From the IMG/VR virus record IMGVR_UViG_3300028832_000097, positions 1-64,000 of that record: a DNA stretch of 64,000 bases; one strand, given 5' to 3'. The stretch's first letter is position 1. Each line of letters opens with the position of its first letter. A program made the translations under genes and the position numbers. This DNA comes from a virus (lineage: Duplodnaviria > Caudoviricetes). Below, one piece after another: positions 51,389 through 61,564 of this stretch. A model generated the notes under the pieces. It was not told the DNA's origin, ran no database searches, and saw nothing but the letters and a program-made list of their open reading frames with translations.

Positions 51389-52393
51389 TTATTCAGAAAA
51401 TTGATTCCAATCATGGTTATATTCGTATTTATTCACAAGCTTATTTGTGAAAGTTTCTGTATATCTTAAAGAAAGATCAGACGGTCTGCGTATCTTACGC
51501 ATGTCGATTTTTGTAGATATTGCATAATCATACTCATCGTCAGTAAATTCTAGTGTTATAGTTTTGTAGTCATCTTCTAAGAATGCATCTTGAAACGACA
51601 GATCATTTGAGTTGCTCCAACCATTTCGATACAACCAGCTGTTTGCGTTCTCAGCAACTTCTTCACCTAACTCTACTAATTCTTCCTTTGTCCAAAATGC
51701 ATAAGGATCTATATCAAATGCACCACCATAATTTGGTAAAGTTTCACAAGTTACTTTAGCAGAAGCTTCGATAAGATCAGAAGGTACATATGCAGTTATT
51801 ATACCAGGCTCATCTACATCAAAATAAGCATCTTGAGAAATTTCTGCAACAATAGGATCAAGTTCAGCAGCTAGCTCTACTATATCCGCATATCCTAATT
51901 CCGCACGTACCTGAACAGCAAGATATCTGCCGTCTGTAGTAGGGCTAACATCTACTGTATAGTAATCCACTACGTCTTCACTAGCGAATCCTTGAGATAT
52001 CATAAAGTTCTTTGTAAGTTTTGTTAATTTATCTACAAGTGTAGAATATTTCATATCAGGCCCTCCCAGTATTGCAGAATTAGCAAGATCTTCAGATGCA
52101 AATGCAGGTTCGTCTTCTAACTCTGCAGTAGATGTAGGCTTACCAGAGCCTATTGGATCATTATCAAATTCATGCTCTTCAATGTCAAGAAGTGTAACAA
52201 TACCATTTGATTTATCGGCAGTGAATTCGGCACCGCAGTTTGTGCATTCTAAATAGTCCCCATACTCAATGTCATTGTAGCTCTTTGCATTAGTATCTGT
52301 ATCATACACCGCTTTTATATGACACTTTGGGCACATGAGCGCGATATCTGCAACATCTGATGACCCATCCGCATACTTAATCTTTTTGATCAT
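51389..52393 (-). CDS. acidic multi-domain protein with an N-terminal zinc ribbon
   Basis: CPKC...CTNCG; internal ILG-G, IEA-S and VTC-E motifs. Confidence 0.65.
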   Translation of the reverse strand: MIKKIKYADGSSDVADIALMCPKCHIKAVYDTDTNAKSYNDIEYGDYLECTNCGAEFTADKSNGIVTLLDIEEHEFDNDPIGSGKPTSTAELEDEPAFASEDLANSAILGGPDMKYSTLVDKLTKLTKNFMISQGFASEDVVDYYTVDVSPTTDGRYLAVQVRAELGYADIVELAAELDPIVAEISQDAYFDVDEPGIITAYVPSDLIEASAKVTCETLPNYGGAFDIDPYAFWTKEELVELGEEVAENANSWLYRNGWSNSNDLSFQDAFLEDDYKTITLEFTDDEYDYAISTKIDMRKIRRPSDLSLRYTETFTNKLVNKYEYNHDWNQFSE

Positions 52394-52408
52394 GTTGAAT
52401 ACCTTCAA

Positions 52409-52603
52409 TCAATTAGTTTTATCAAACAACCTAGATACAACATCTTCTGCAAGTTTCTTGTTATTGAACCGACGTAGAATACCGTCATATACGTCAGATC
52501 TGCTAAGAAATCCATACTTTGCATCGGATTCATATTCTGCATAAACTTTATCAAAAAGTTCTTGAGAATATGTTAGATCTCTGTGTTTGAAAAATCGTAG
52601 CAT
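52409..52603 (-). CDS. small hypothetical protein
   Basis: Start moved to MLRFFK (AAGGA RBS); AACCTT motif upstream. Confidence 0.55.
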   Translation of the reverse strand: MLRFFKHRDLTYSQELFDKVYAEYESDAKYGFLSRSDVYDGILRRFNNKKLAEDVVSRLFDKTN

Positions 52604-52631
52604 AAAGAAATCCTTATAATCTACAGAAATA

Positions 52632-53300
52632 TTAAAGGTTGTTTGGTGTAAAATACTTAGTGATTGAAAGCTGGTCTGCAAACTGTAACATATGCACAAG
52701 CGGATAGTTTTCGTTAGCATACTGCAGTTCATTACATTCGCTATCAACAATCCTCCATGCGCCCATGTGCCATCTAATAGCTAATGCTTCTTCGTCAGAT
52801 AGGTTGAACCATTTACTAGCAAGATACATGGAAGCTGCGCCATGCCCTAATGCAATCATAGGCGATCCTGAATACTTGAACGCTTGAGTCTTGACCCAAT
52901 TACCGGTTGCGTCTTTCACATTTTTGTCATAGGAAGTATAGAACCCAATCTTACACCAATCATGCACCAAGGCTACTAATATAGCACTCGCAAGATCAAC
53001 AGAACTAAAAACAGGTAATTTGCTAAGTGTAATTATGTTATCAACTACTTTCAGAGTATGGTCGCATAACCCGCCTATGTAAGATTCATGATACTGTGTA
53101 CTTGCAGGTGCGGTGTAAAATCCTGAATTATCTAACCATTTGTATAAACTTTCTAAACTGTTATAATTGCGTGTATCTGTATCGTCAGCAGATCCATCAG
53201 GAAACTTCCTAGCTAACACTGCCCATCTCATCAACAGATTGTATTTAGCTTTAGAATCTTCCGAACTATTGATTAACTCCCATAAATGTGAATAAATCAT
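52632..53300 (-). CDS. HD-domain phosphohydrolase
   Basis: FYTAPAS..YH....GGL..H, LVHDWCK, GHG..S, AIRWHMG and AD motifs. Confidence 0.88.
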   Translation of the reverse strand: MIYSHLWELINSSEDSKAKYNLLMRWAVLARKFPDGSADDTDTRNYNSLESLYKWLDNSGFYTAPASTQYHESYIGGLCDHTLKVVDNIITLSKLPVFSSVDLASAILVALVHDWCKIGFYTSYDKNVKDATGNWVKTQAFKYSGSPMIALGHGAASMYLASKWFNLSDEEALAIRWHMGAWRIVDSECNELQYANENYPLVHMLQFADQLSITKYFTPNNL

Positions 53301-53422
53301 AATTGTGTGTACCTCCCAAGTATTAAGTTACGTACATTAACGATTCTATAACATAGTAGCAGGTAGCTACTGTGGGTAACTACCTGCCGAGGTACAATTA
53401 CAGAACTAAAGTATGGCAAGTT

Positions 53423-53686
53423 TTAGTTCGTTTTGAGCTGTTTATACACCTGATTAACACCTGTTGCAGCTAATCCGGAAGCAAGTCCGATTGCAGCAGC
53501 TGTTATGATATCTTGTGCAGGCATATCAGGAATATGAATAAGGAATGCAACAATACCTAAAATTATTCCGGCACCTCCTACAAAAACAGGTATCCATTTA
53601 TTATCAATAGGTGTTCTTTTTACAACTTCGCCTACAAAGTAGCAAAGTATTGTGATTGCAGCTACGTTTGCAATACCAAATGTCAT
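53423..53686 (-). CDS. holin
   Basis: 87 aa with three TM segments; DNKWIP and G.ASGLAATGVNQ.YKQ typical of Firmicute phage holins. Confidence 0.85.
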   Translation of the reverse strand: MTFGIANVAAITILCYFVGEVVKRTPIDNKWIPVFVGGAGIILGIVAFLIHIPDMPAQDIITAAAIGLASGLAATGVNQVYKQLKTN

Positions 53687-53742
53687 AATTACTTACCTCC
53701 TATTATGGATTTATGTAATTAAACAAGGTTGGTGATATGATT

Positions 53743-56679
53743 TCAACTATACTGGTTGTTTTCATCTATCTTCTTCACATTTGCAATATCTAAATATGTA
53801 TCGCCTTTGATTTCAACATAGCCAAGTTTTATCAACTTGCGACAGATAACCTCTGCAAAGCAATCTGCATTTTCTCTAAATGCATCATCAACCACTTCGC
53901 TTGTCACGAATCTTACGAAGCCCCTCAACTCAACAAGTTCAGTAAGCCACTCTGCTAACTGTCTATGTTCTTCCGCACAATCCTCACAACAACCTGCTCT
54001 GTCATTCGCTACTTCTTCACAATGCTTTATTGCTTCATCAAGTGTCATTCTTCTTTACCTCTCATATCTGTAATACTGATTACTATGTTATTTCCATTGT
54101 ATTCATCAGTCGTACATATAGTTGCTTTGTCGTTCATATCAAATTCCAATAACATAGAAATTAAATCTTTAATCTTAATACGGCACTCAAACTTACCATG
54201 TTCGGGTTCTTCAAGAGCATTGATTGCAAGGGCAATAGCCGTGTGTTCTTCCTCGCAACTTTCGTTTGTATGGGTTATGAGATAATGCTCTATCTGCTCT
54301 AACACTCTAATTGCCGTTTTATTCTTCATTCTTCCTCACTCCTTTCTTTCATAATCCAACCGATGCTAATACTCCACTTTGCAAAATTGATAAACAAATA
54401 GGTTTCACCAAATCCATGTGATATGCAACTTCCGAAACTCCATGCACCTTCAAATTGTCTATCAATTTTAATACCAAAGCCATAGTTTGATTTTTCGTTC
54501 ATTCTTCATCCTCCTAATGGCTCTATGTCCCAATCACACGGCGCTTTGTCCAATAAAGCACATTCCACATAGTGATAATCGTCGTCACGAGGTCTACCAA
54601 ACACACATCTTCTACATTGTGTTTTCTCGCAGTAGTTCTTAATTGATTCTAATGCTTTAATCGGTGGTCTGCTCATTCTTCTTCTCTCCTTTCTCATTTT
54701 TAACTGGAGCATACTCATAACAAACTGTATGATTAGCCGTACTAATTCCTACATCGCTATGCTCGCAAGTGAACATATACCTACAAGTATCACAAAGTGA
54801 TTTATTATCATTCATTCTTCCCCTCCGAACAGTTCCAAAATCTTCGCAAAGGCTCTCTTCATTATGCACTCTCTCGTAAATGCACTCTCTCCATCTGCCT
54901 CTGCTATCTCTGCCTTGTAATCGGCTATAATGGTGCAAATATCGTCATAATGAGTAAGCCACTCTGCTAACTGTTTATTCTCCGCTGCACACTCGTTGTA
55001 ATAGTCGGCATTAACCTGCAACGTCTCGTCGTCAGCGGTTTCTCTTAAAGCAGCTGCCCTAACTGTAAAATTGTTTATTGCGTTCTTAATTGTCACTCCG
55101 GTCTCCTTTCCTCATATCTGCACCACACCAAAAACAAAATGGATGTATATCTGAACTATGTCCACCGCATTGATTACACTTGTATGTTCCATATGGATTG
55201 CCAAATTCTGTGTGTTTGGCGTCAAATATCCACTTCCCTGCTGGTATTTCTTTTTTACCTCGCTTGTAGCCTTGCAAATAACCTTTTGCATACATTTCAT
55301 ATGCTTCATCATTAGCTTCTGAATCATCGGCTGCCAATGTAGTAACGAGCGGTTCCTCAATGGCCTTTTCAAGTGCATATATTATCTCGTTAGCATAATA
55401 CATAACGACTCCGCTATCTGCTTTCTGATAACTTTCTGCGTCTGTAATACTTTCAAATACCTGCTTGCAATCGTCATATGCGTTTTGCAGATTAAAATTA
55501 TCATTTCCATAGTATTTATTCATTTTCTCACCATTCCCTCATATCTGCTCCACAGCAAGCACAGAATTTAGTCCAATTCCCTTTTTTAGAGGTTCAGATA
55601 TATCAGCATTCTTAAACCACATAGATGATATAATTACTGCTCGTTTCATAGCATCATTCCAACCTGCTTTATAAGAAACACACTCTTTAGATGCAGTTTC
55701 TATATCAAAAGTTTCTTCTTCGAGCATATCAATTAAAATGTCTATACTGATATTATTCATTCTATATTTATCTCCTTGTCACCTAATTTGATTTTTCTTA
55801 AAATACTTTGTATAAATTCTACAGTGTCTATATCCATTTGCAATTCATAAGATTGCCAGCGACCATACTTGGCACTGAATTTAACAAACTCATTAGGAAA
55901 TTCTGTTGTAGCCCAAATATCTTCGTCATACGGCTCAAAATAAGCATACGTTCCAGTACAAGAACAATTAGCTTTATTGAAAAATAATCCGAATTTTTGT
56001 CTGTATCTTTCATATCCGTAAGAAACAAATGAATCTGTTTCAGATAACAACTTCCAAGGCAATTTTACTTCGGCATTATTCATTCTCACGCCACAAGACG
56101 GGCAAAAATGATATACAGATCTCCAAGTATCTAAATCATTTTGACCAATGAATTCATCCTTACAATTTGAACACGATATTGTAATTTCTGATGATCCTAC
56201 TAGTTGCGTTGCAATCCAATATCCGTTCATTGTGTTAAATGCCCCTATCGGTATGACTTAAACTATGTGCCCAATAGCTATGACTATTCTCTGTATTTAT
56301 TGCCCCCATCTGGGCTTCTTTATGAAGCATCCAAATAGCTCCTATTAAACATATGCAAAAATATACTGCAAGTATTATAGAGCTAACCATAAGTATGACG
56401 AACAAGAGGTGAGATAAATCTGATAATATTCCATTTATGGATAAATCAACCATTGTAATTCTCCTTCATAGACATAAGATGCTTTCTCTCATCTGCTCTT
56501 CCCCTTTCATATGCTTGATTAAGTGCATAGCTCTGTTGTACTGCAGTAATCCAAGCATTTGCGACATCTACTCCATAAGAAGAAAGATTCTTGGCATATA
56601 CTAATGCTGTACACAACTCCATATCCGATAACTTAGATAATTCGTCAATCAGCATTTCTCGATCAGGTGAATTTTTCAT
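53743..56679 (-). CDS. array of about 11 small accessory genes (53743-54048, 54045-54329, 54506-54676, 54657-54815, 54812-55096, 55086-55523, 55539-55760, 55757-56230, 56235-56453, 56446-56679 and others)
   Basis: Overlapping stop/start codons with GGAG RBSs; recurring modules CA.E..QLAEWL..L, GKW...C..C...FC..CG..M and ALE. Confidence 0.65.
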
Positions 56680-56741
56680 ATTTTCTCTCCTCAAGTAACT
56701 CAACACGATTTAGTAGTTACAATAACCATAACGATTCTTAC

Positions 56742-56772
56742 AAAAAAAAACATAGACCACTAGGCCTATGTT
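56742..56772 (-). terminator. Rho-independent terminator
   Basis: CATAGGCC-tagt-GGTCTATG followed by T9. Confidence 0.75.
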
Positions 56773-56798
56773 GTAGATAAATATAAAAAATCAAACGC

Positions 56799-57302
56799 TC
56801 AAGTTTCAGTGCGCAACCTATCAATTGTATCTACAAGTTCTACTAAATCACCTTCATAATCTAGCAGATTTTTGCGATTATTAGGTACTGTAGGTATTTC
56901 CACATAAGGTATGTCCCACTTGTTGAGTTTTTGGATGTTAAGTGATTTCTTTCCGGATTGGCTTAACTTGTCAATATCTCTGATATCAAGTATGAATGCT
57001 CTTTTATGGGAAATGTATAGTATGATTATTAGTCCCCATACATTTTGTATCTTAGATTTCTTAAGGAGGTTTTCATACTGATAGTCAGATATCAGGCTGA
57101 AATCAAATCTATCTTCATAAGTTGATTTGCTTTCAATATAATATAAATTAGGAGTATGGAAGCACATGAAATCACATATATTCTTGCTACCATATAAACC
57201 GTTCATCTGATCAGGGATTCTATCAATAGAATAGCCCAACTCTGGATGGTCGAGCCACTCTTTAATTTTTTCTTCTGCTTTCTTATGAACGTCGTTACTC
57301 AT
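56799..57302 (-). CDS. recU: RecU-like Holliday junction resolvase
   Basis: E....R.PD...CDF......IESKST....F..IS..Q PD-(D/E)xK pattern. Confidence 0.75.
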   Translation of the reverse strand: MSNDVHKKAEEKIKEWLDHPELGYSIDRIPDQMNGLYGSKNICDFMCFHTPNLYYIESKSTYEDRFDFSLISDYQYENLLKKSKIQNVWGLIIILYISHKRAFILDIRDIDKLSQSGKKSLNIQKLNKWDIPYVEIPTVPNNRKNLLDYEGDLVELVDTIDRLRTET

Positions 57303-57885
57303 TATCTACTTCATTGTCTGGAAAATATGAAGGTCCATACTGCTCCACAAGCTTATTCAATTTACCTTCTACAGCTCTTTCAGCGTGTTCGTAAGATTTA
57401 AAAGACCTTTTATTTACTATCAATTCGCAAAAAGTAGTATTCCAGTAATCAGGCAAATCCGGATATTCAGAATTTATGTGCTGCAAACTATTCTGTTCAT
57501 GTTTTGCATACCTACGCTTGCTACTATCAGTAGCTTCGTGCATAGATAATCTAAAGTCTATAAGTATCTTTCCATCAAGTTCTCCATAACCGTTCTTAAC
57601 CCCAATATAAAAATAAGTAGATTGAGGTGTGATATTATCTAACGGAGATATAGTTCCTTTTTGCTCGAGGAGTAGCACCAATGACGGATTATTTATTATT
57701 TGCTTACGCACAAAATAGATAAAGTTATTCCAATCGGCAAGTACTTGCGTATCATCTAATATGCCCTCACCAATCATTTGAGCAGACTGTACATAATTAG
57801 TAACATCAACAGATAACTCTATGTATATTGTATCTAGAGTTCGTATATCGGATATAAAGTTTGGAAGTACTGTGTAATGTTTCAT
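57295..57885 (-). CDS. leader-like protein (MKHYTVLP...VQSA)
   Basis: N-terminus resembles the long-form leader; 196 aa. Confidence 0.6.
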   Translation of the reverse strand: MKHYTVLPNFISDIRTLDTIYIELSVDVTNYVQSAQMIGEGILDDTQVLADWNNFIYFVRKQIINNPSLVLLLEQKGTISPLDNITPQSTYFYIGVKNGYGELDGKILIDFRLSMHEATDSSKRRYAKHEQNSLQHINSEYPDLPDYWNTTFCELIVNKRSFKSYEHAERAVEGKLNKLVEQYGPSYFPDNEVDNE

Positions 57886-57891
57886 AGTTTG

Positions 57892-58236
57892 TTACTGGTC
57901 TACTAAATAAGCGCCATTTGAATTGTATCGTTTGTCCTTTGCCATAGCATACATCTTAGCTTTTGCTTCTTGCTTAGATTGTGCATATACACATAACGAT
58001 AATTTATGTTCATTGGGTAGTATGAATTCGTATTTATTGACCTCAGGTTCTACATGTGCCTCCTTCACAGAAGGATTTTGTATTTCTACCCATGACTTTG
58101 CGTCCTCGAGATCAATAAATGTTTCTACTACATTATCAAACTCATCTCGAACAATGTATTGATTTCCATCCTTCTCAATGCTGTCATAGGTGTATGAAGC
58201 GCTTATGTACTTTGGAGTTACTCTAAATGATTTCAT
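57892..58236 (-). CDS. leader-family protein (MKSFRVTPKYISAS)
   Basis: Long-form leader. Confidence 0.7.
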   Translation of the reverse strand: MKSFRVTPKYISASYTYDSIEKDGNQYIVRDEFDNVVETFIDLEDAKSWVEIQNPSVKEAHVEPEVNKYEFILPNEHKLSLCVYAQSKQEAKAKMYAMAKDKRYNSNGAYLVDQ

Positions 58237-58242
58237 GACGTG

Positions 58243-58575
58243 TTACCACCGTGGATAATTTTCCTTGAAATCCTCAAACGTATACACCTTAGGTAAGTAA
58301 TTATCGTATCCAGGAGCTACAGGTGCAATTGTCTCATCATCGAACTTAACTAAATACATGTAGTCTTCACTAGAATAATTATCACGAGGAATCAATGCGC
58401 AGATTATTGTACTATTAGGGAAATGACGATAGATCCTATCTTCAAAATAATCGGACTCATAATCGTCTCCGCCGTAATCATTATAGAACTTATCTAAATC
58501 CATACATGTAAAGTATTTGTTCCACCAACCGCGTCTAGATGTTGCAAGTATAGGTGTTTTTCTAAATTGCCTCAT
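58243..58575 (-). CDS. leader-family protein (MRQFRKTPILATS)
   Basis: Long-form leader. Confidence 0.7.
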   Translation of the reverse strand: MRQFRKTPILATSRRGWWNKYFTCMDLDKFYNDYGGDDYESDYFEDRIYRHFPNSTIICALIPRDNYSSEDYMYLVKFDDETIAPVAPGYDNYLPKVYTFEDFKENYPRW

Positions 58576-59075
58576 AGTACAATCTCCCCGGTTTCTACAT
58601 TCTTTATTTCAAAATCTTGGTCAGTGAATTCGTATAATCCGCATTCATGGCATCTCTGAACTTCAAGATCTAGCCTATCAACGCACTCCTGCAATGTGCC
58701 ATATTCGTTACCATACTCACCATATCCTTGTCCGGATATAGGAAGTCCTGTAGCTTTATCAATGACAACAAATACGCGTTGATAAGCTTCAGGAGTTACG
58801 CCACATTCAACACACTCAGATTCACTGCCCCAAATATCTTCTTCTTTTTGAATCCATTCAGGATAGATATCATACTGTTTAAGTTCTTTAGAAGTAAGAA
58901 ATCTATCTAAGTATATAGCAGTAAACCAATGAGGTAGATCCTCCGACTTTAGAAGTGTTACATCTTTAGGAAGTGTTCCAGGGCCTGTGCCGTGTTTTGT
59001 TAAGTAACGATAACCTTCGCCAGGATACTCTCTAGAAGCTTTTACATACTTAGGAGATACTGTAAATTTACGCAT
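58572..59075 (-). CDS. leader-family protein with a DarA C-terminal-like domain
   Basis: MRKFTVSPKYVKAS leader; YRY...G.GPGTLPK...Y.DR.LT..E...YDI.P resembles the DarA_C pattern. Confidence 0.6.
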   Translation of the reverse strand: MRKFTVSPKYVKASREYPGEGYRYLTKHGTGPGTLPKDVTLLKSEDLPHWFTAIYLDRFLTSKELKQYDIYPEWIQKEEDIWGSESECVECGVTPEAYQRVFVVIDKATGLPISGQGYGEYGNEYGTLQECVDRLDLEVQRCHECGLYEFTDQDFEIKNVETGEIVL

Positions 59076-59084
59076 TATGTAACC

Positions 59085-59444
59085 TCACACCTCTTGAATA
59101 TCTTCAATGTTTTTTATTACCCACTTTAACGATTGATCAGTATCTTTTCCGCATAAGGGACAAATACCTGTTAAAGACTCAACAGGTTGATCTGATAGTA
59201 TTACTGCGGAAATAAATATCCCGTGACAGCTTTCGCATTCTGCGATGTAATGGTTTTCGATGTTGTTATCAATTTCAATTGAGGGATCATCCTCTTCAAC
59301 ATCCATCTCCTCCTCTTCAACTTCAGCAGTTTCTTCCTCAGAACCAAGTTCGTCATCATCGAATGCTTCGTCATCAAACATCGGTCTACCGTCAAACCCT
59401 TCATCAGCTGCGAATATAGCTCTATGATGTCTAGAAAGTTTCAT
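59085..59444 (-). CDS. acidic zinc-ribbon protein with a variant leader (RAIFAA)
   Basis: CESC...CPLCG; D/E-rich. Confidence 0.65.
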   Translation of the reverse strand: MKLSRHHRAIFAADEGFDGRPMFDDEAFDDDELGSEEETAEVEEEEMDVEEDDPSIEIDNNIENHYIAECESCHGIFISAVILSDQPVESLTGICPLCGKDTDQSLKWVIKNIEDIQEV

Positions 59445-59461
59445 ATAATCATCGCCTCCAA

Positions 59462-59680
59462 TTATTTCTTGAGCTCAAGCAGCACAACGCTCATATTTGC
59501 AATCGCACCCTGTACTGCCTGCTTTTCTTCAGGTGTTTTACAGCTTGACATTATAGTCCCGAGCTGATCAATAGCAGATTTAACAACCTTCTGAGATTGC
59601 TCAGAAGCTGTAATAACATCCGGCTGCCTAACTAATTTCTTGCCTGCAGTTACTTTACGTTTTGTTCTATTTATCTGCAT
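59462..59680 (-). CDS. small protein with a variant leader (KVTAG...VITAS)
   Basis: AGGAGG RBS. Confidence 0.6.
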   Translation of the reverse strand: MQINRTKRKVTAGKKLVRQPDVITASEQSQKVVKSAIDQLGTIMSSCKTPEEKQAVQGAIANMSVVLLELKK

Positions 59681-59701
59681 TGTAATATGACCTCCTACAA
59701 T

Positions 59702-60037
59702 CTATTGATTATCTTTAATTACTATATGCCACAACCCATCTACCATAGGACTATATCCTACTGCAAGTTCAATGCCATCAGGAGTATGTAGTATCCAGAT
59801 AGGAAACACCCTACCATGACGTTGAGATATATCATAGACAGCATTAGTAGCTTTAGCAACAGAGGATACAAACTGCTGTGTATCTTCGTCAGTTGCGTCA
59901 TCTGGGATCAAAAAATCAAACCATGTTTCGTCTTCGCCGTAATCTACTAATTCATAATCAGTAGTATCCAACATACCAAAAATTTGATCTTGAATTTTTT
60001 CAAGGCCTGAAACAGACGATTTAATGTATCTCTTCAT
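59702..60037 (-). CDS. leader-family protein (MKRYIKSS)
   Basis: Leader; GGAG RBS. Confidence 0.7.
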   Translation of the reverse strand: MKRYIKSSVSGLEKIQDQIFGMLDTTDYELVDYGEDETWFDFLIPDDATDEDTQQFVSSVAKATNAVYDISQRHGRVFPIWILHTPDGIELAVGYSPMVDGLWHIVIKDNQ

Positions 60038-60060
60038 GTTGTCTCCGTACCGCTAGAATC

Positions 60061-60558
60061 TTACCAAATATCAAGTTCACCAAGAGCTGCTTCTATGATA
60101 TAATCAGTATCTTTATCAATATCTTTAATAAGATCGGACTTAGGTATCTGAAATTCGTGAATAGTTCCTTTACTACTATAAACGATCAAATAAATATTGT
60201 CGATGCTTTCATGGTAAGTAGAGGTAGCATCATAACTCTCTAATGCCGCGTCTACCTCTTCCATAAGATCTTCATAATAATTTAAAGTGTCAGCTTCATC
60301 AGATTCTCCTGTTATGATATCTAGCGAAGGACTAATACTAACTGTGTTAGTTGCAGAAAAGATGTCAGCTGAAAATTCGTCAGTTAATAGTTCATACAAC
60401 CTGTCATCGTCGCAGATAACTTCTAAAAGTTCGTCAGCATCTACGTCTAGAAGGTCATTCACACCGAATGCATCACGAAGTTTATCACCATAGACCGGCT
60501 GATTCTCATCTATCCAATCAATGATTTCTGAAATATCAACTGAATGCTTGTTGCTCAT
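60061..60558 (-). CDS. acidic two-domain protein, paralog of 60912-61550
   Basis: IIDWI.E and HEFQIPKSDL...DTDYI match IVGWL.E and EEFNVPLSDL...DLDYV. Confidence 0.65.
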   Translation of the reverse strand: MSNKHSVDISEIIDWIDENQPVYGDKLRDAFGVNDLLDVDADELLEVICDDDRLYELLTDEFSADIFSATNTVSISPSLDIITGESDEADTLNYYEDLMEEVDAALESYDATSTYHESIDNIYLIVYSSKGTIHEFQIPKSDLIKDIDKDTDYIIEAALGELDIW

Positions 60559-60779
60559 TCCTCGCCTCCGATAATGTCCGCAATCTGTGCAATTATATCT
60601 GTTAACTGTGCATGTAGCTCATTTGCTACTTCAATACCAGAACTACGTGAAGGTCCGCCGTCTCGGTCAAGCTTCTCTAATCCACTTACTGCGTAGTCAA
60701 AATCATCTTCAATCACGTCAATCATATCTTTGAGACGTGTGTCTTCAGATGCTTCAGCACTCATAATTACTCGTTTCAT
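60555..60779 (-). CDS. leader-family protein (MKRVIMSA)
   Basis: Leader; AACCTT motif upstream. Confidence 0.65.
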   Translation of the reverse strand: MKRVIMSAEASEDTRLKDMIDVIEDDFDYAVSGLEKLDRDGGPSRSSGIEVANELHAQLTDIIAQIADIIGGEE

Positions 60780-60911
60780 ATTGACACCTCATAATTAACA
60801 GTATTTGTATATTAGTATTTAAGGTTCAATCACAACAATAGCCGAAGTGTGCCTACTCCGACTACTATTGTGTACGCAATATGTATCACCATGACAAATG
60901 GAGATCAAATA

Positions 60912-61550
60912 TTATAGAAATGCTGCCTCAATCTCAGAAACTACATAATCTAGATCGTCATCCAAGGTATCAACATCGCAAGATAAATCAGACAACGGTA
61001 CATTGAATTCTTCAACAGTTCCATCTGCCATCGTAACAGAAATTTCAAAACTCTGTTTGTTGAATGAACATTCAACTGAATCGCAGTCAACGTCAGAACC
61101 TATTATAGCATCATTTATCTCCCAGCAGAATTTTTCTACAAATTCAGGAGATGCTGCAGACGATGCTGTAATTGTTGAGCTATTAGTACAACACATTAGT
61201 TCATGCTCTTCAGCTAGTTCAGGGAATCTGTTGCAGAAATCTCTGCATAAAGTATCGTGATCAGATATCCAACCAATTACTTTATCTAATGTGATGTCTT
61301 CTTCAGGAACATCTTGGAAGTAGAAGTTGAAATCATCATAAGCAGTTTCATGTTCCTGTAGCCAACCTACAATGTTATCAATATCTGTTAGCTCGTCATC
61401 TATGAAACCTAAAACAGGTTCTTGATTAGTATCACAGCTGTTGCGCTCGCTTATCTTGAGCTTTTCAGCAGAATCAATCAACCCGGAAGATAATTCATCA
61501 ATTCTACTTTCAAATGCATCAATCATGTCAGTTAAGTTTCCTTTAGGCAT
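60912..61550 (-). CDS. acidic multi-domain protein
   Basis: AAGGAGG RBS; internal IDS-A and ITA-S motifs. Confidence 0.65.
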   Translation of the reverse strand: MPKGNLTDMIDAFESRIDELSSGLIDSAEKLKISERNSCDTNQEPVLGFIDDELTDIDNIVGWLQEHETAYDDFNFYFQDVPEEDITLDKVIGWISDHDTLCRDFCNRFPELAEEHELMCCTNSSTITASSAASPEFVEKFCWEINDAIIGSDVDCDSVECSFNKQSFEISVTMADGTVEEFNVPLSDLSCDVDTLDDDLDYVVSEIEAAFL

Positions 61551-61564
61551 ATTTAAAATCCTCC

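Noticed and set aside
7629-60037. Leader-coding DNA as an integron-like or CRISPR-like nucleotide repeat
   Set aside because: Variation is mostly synonymous, there is no palindrome and the spacing is irregular. A secondary role as recombination microhomology is not excluded.
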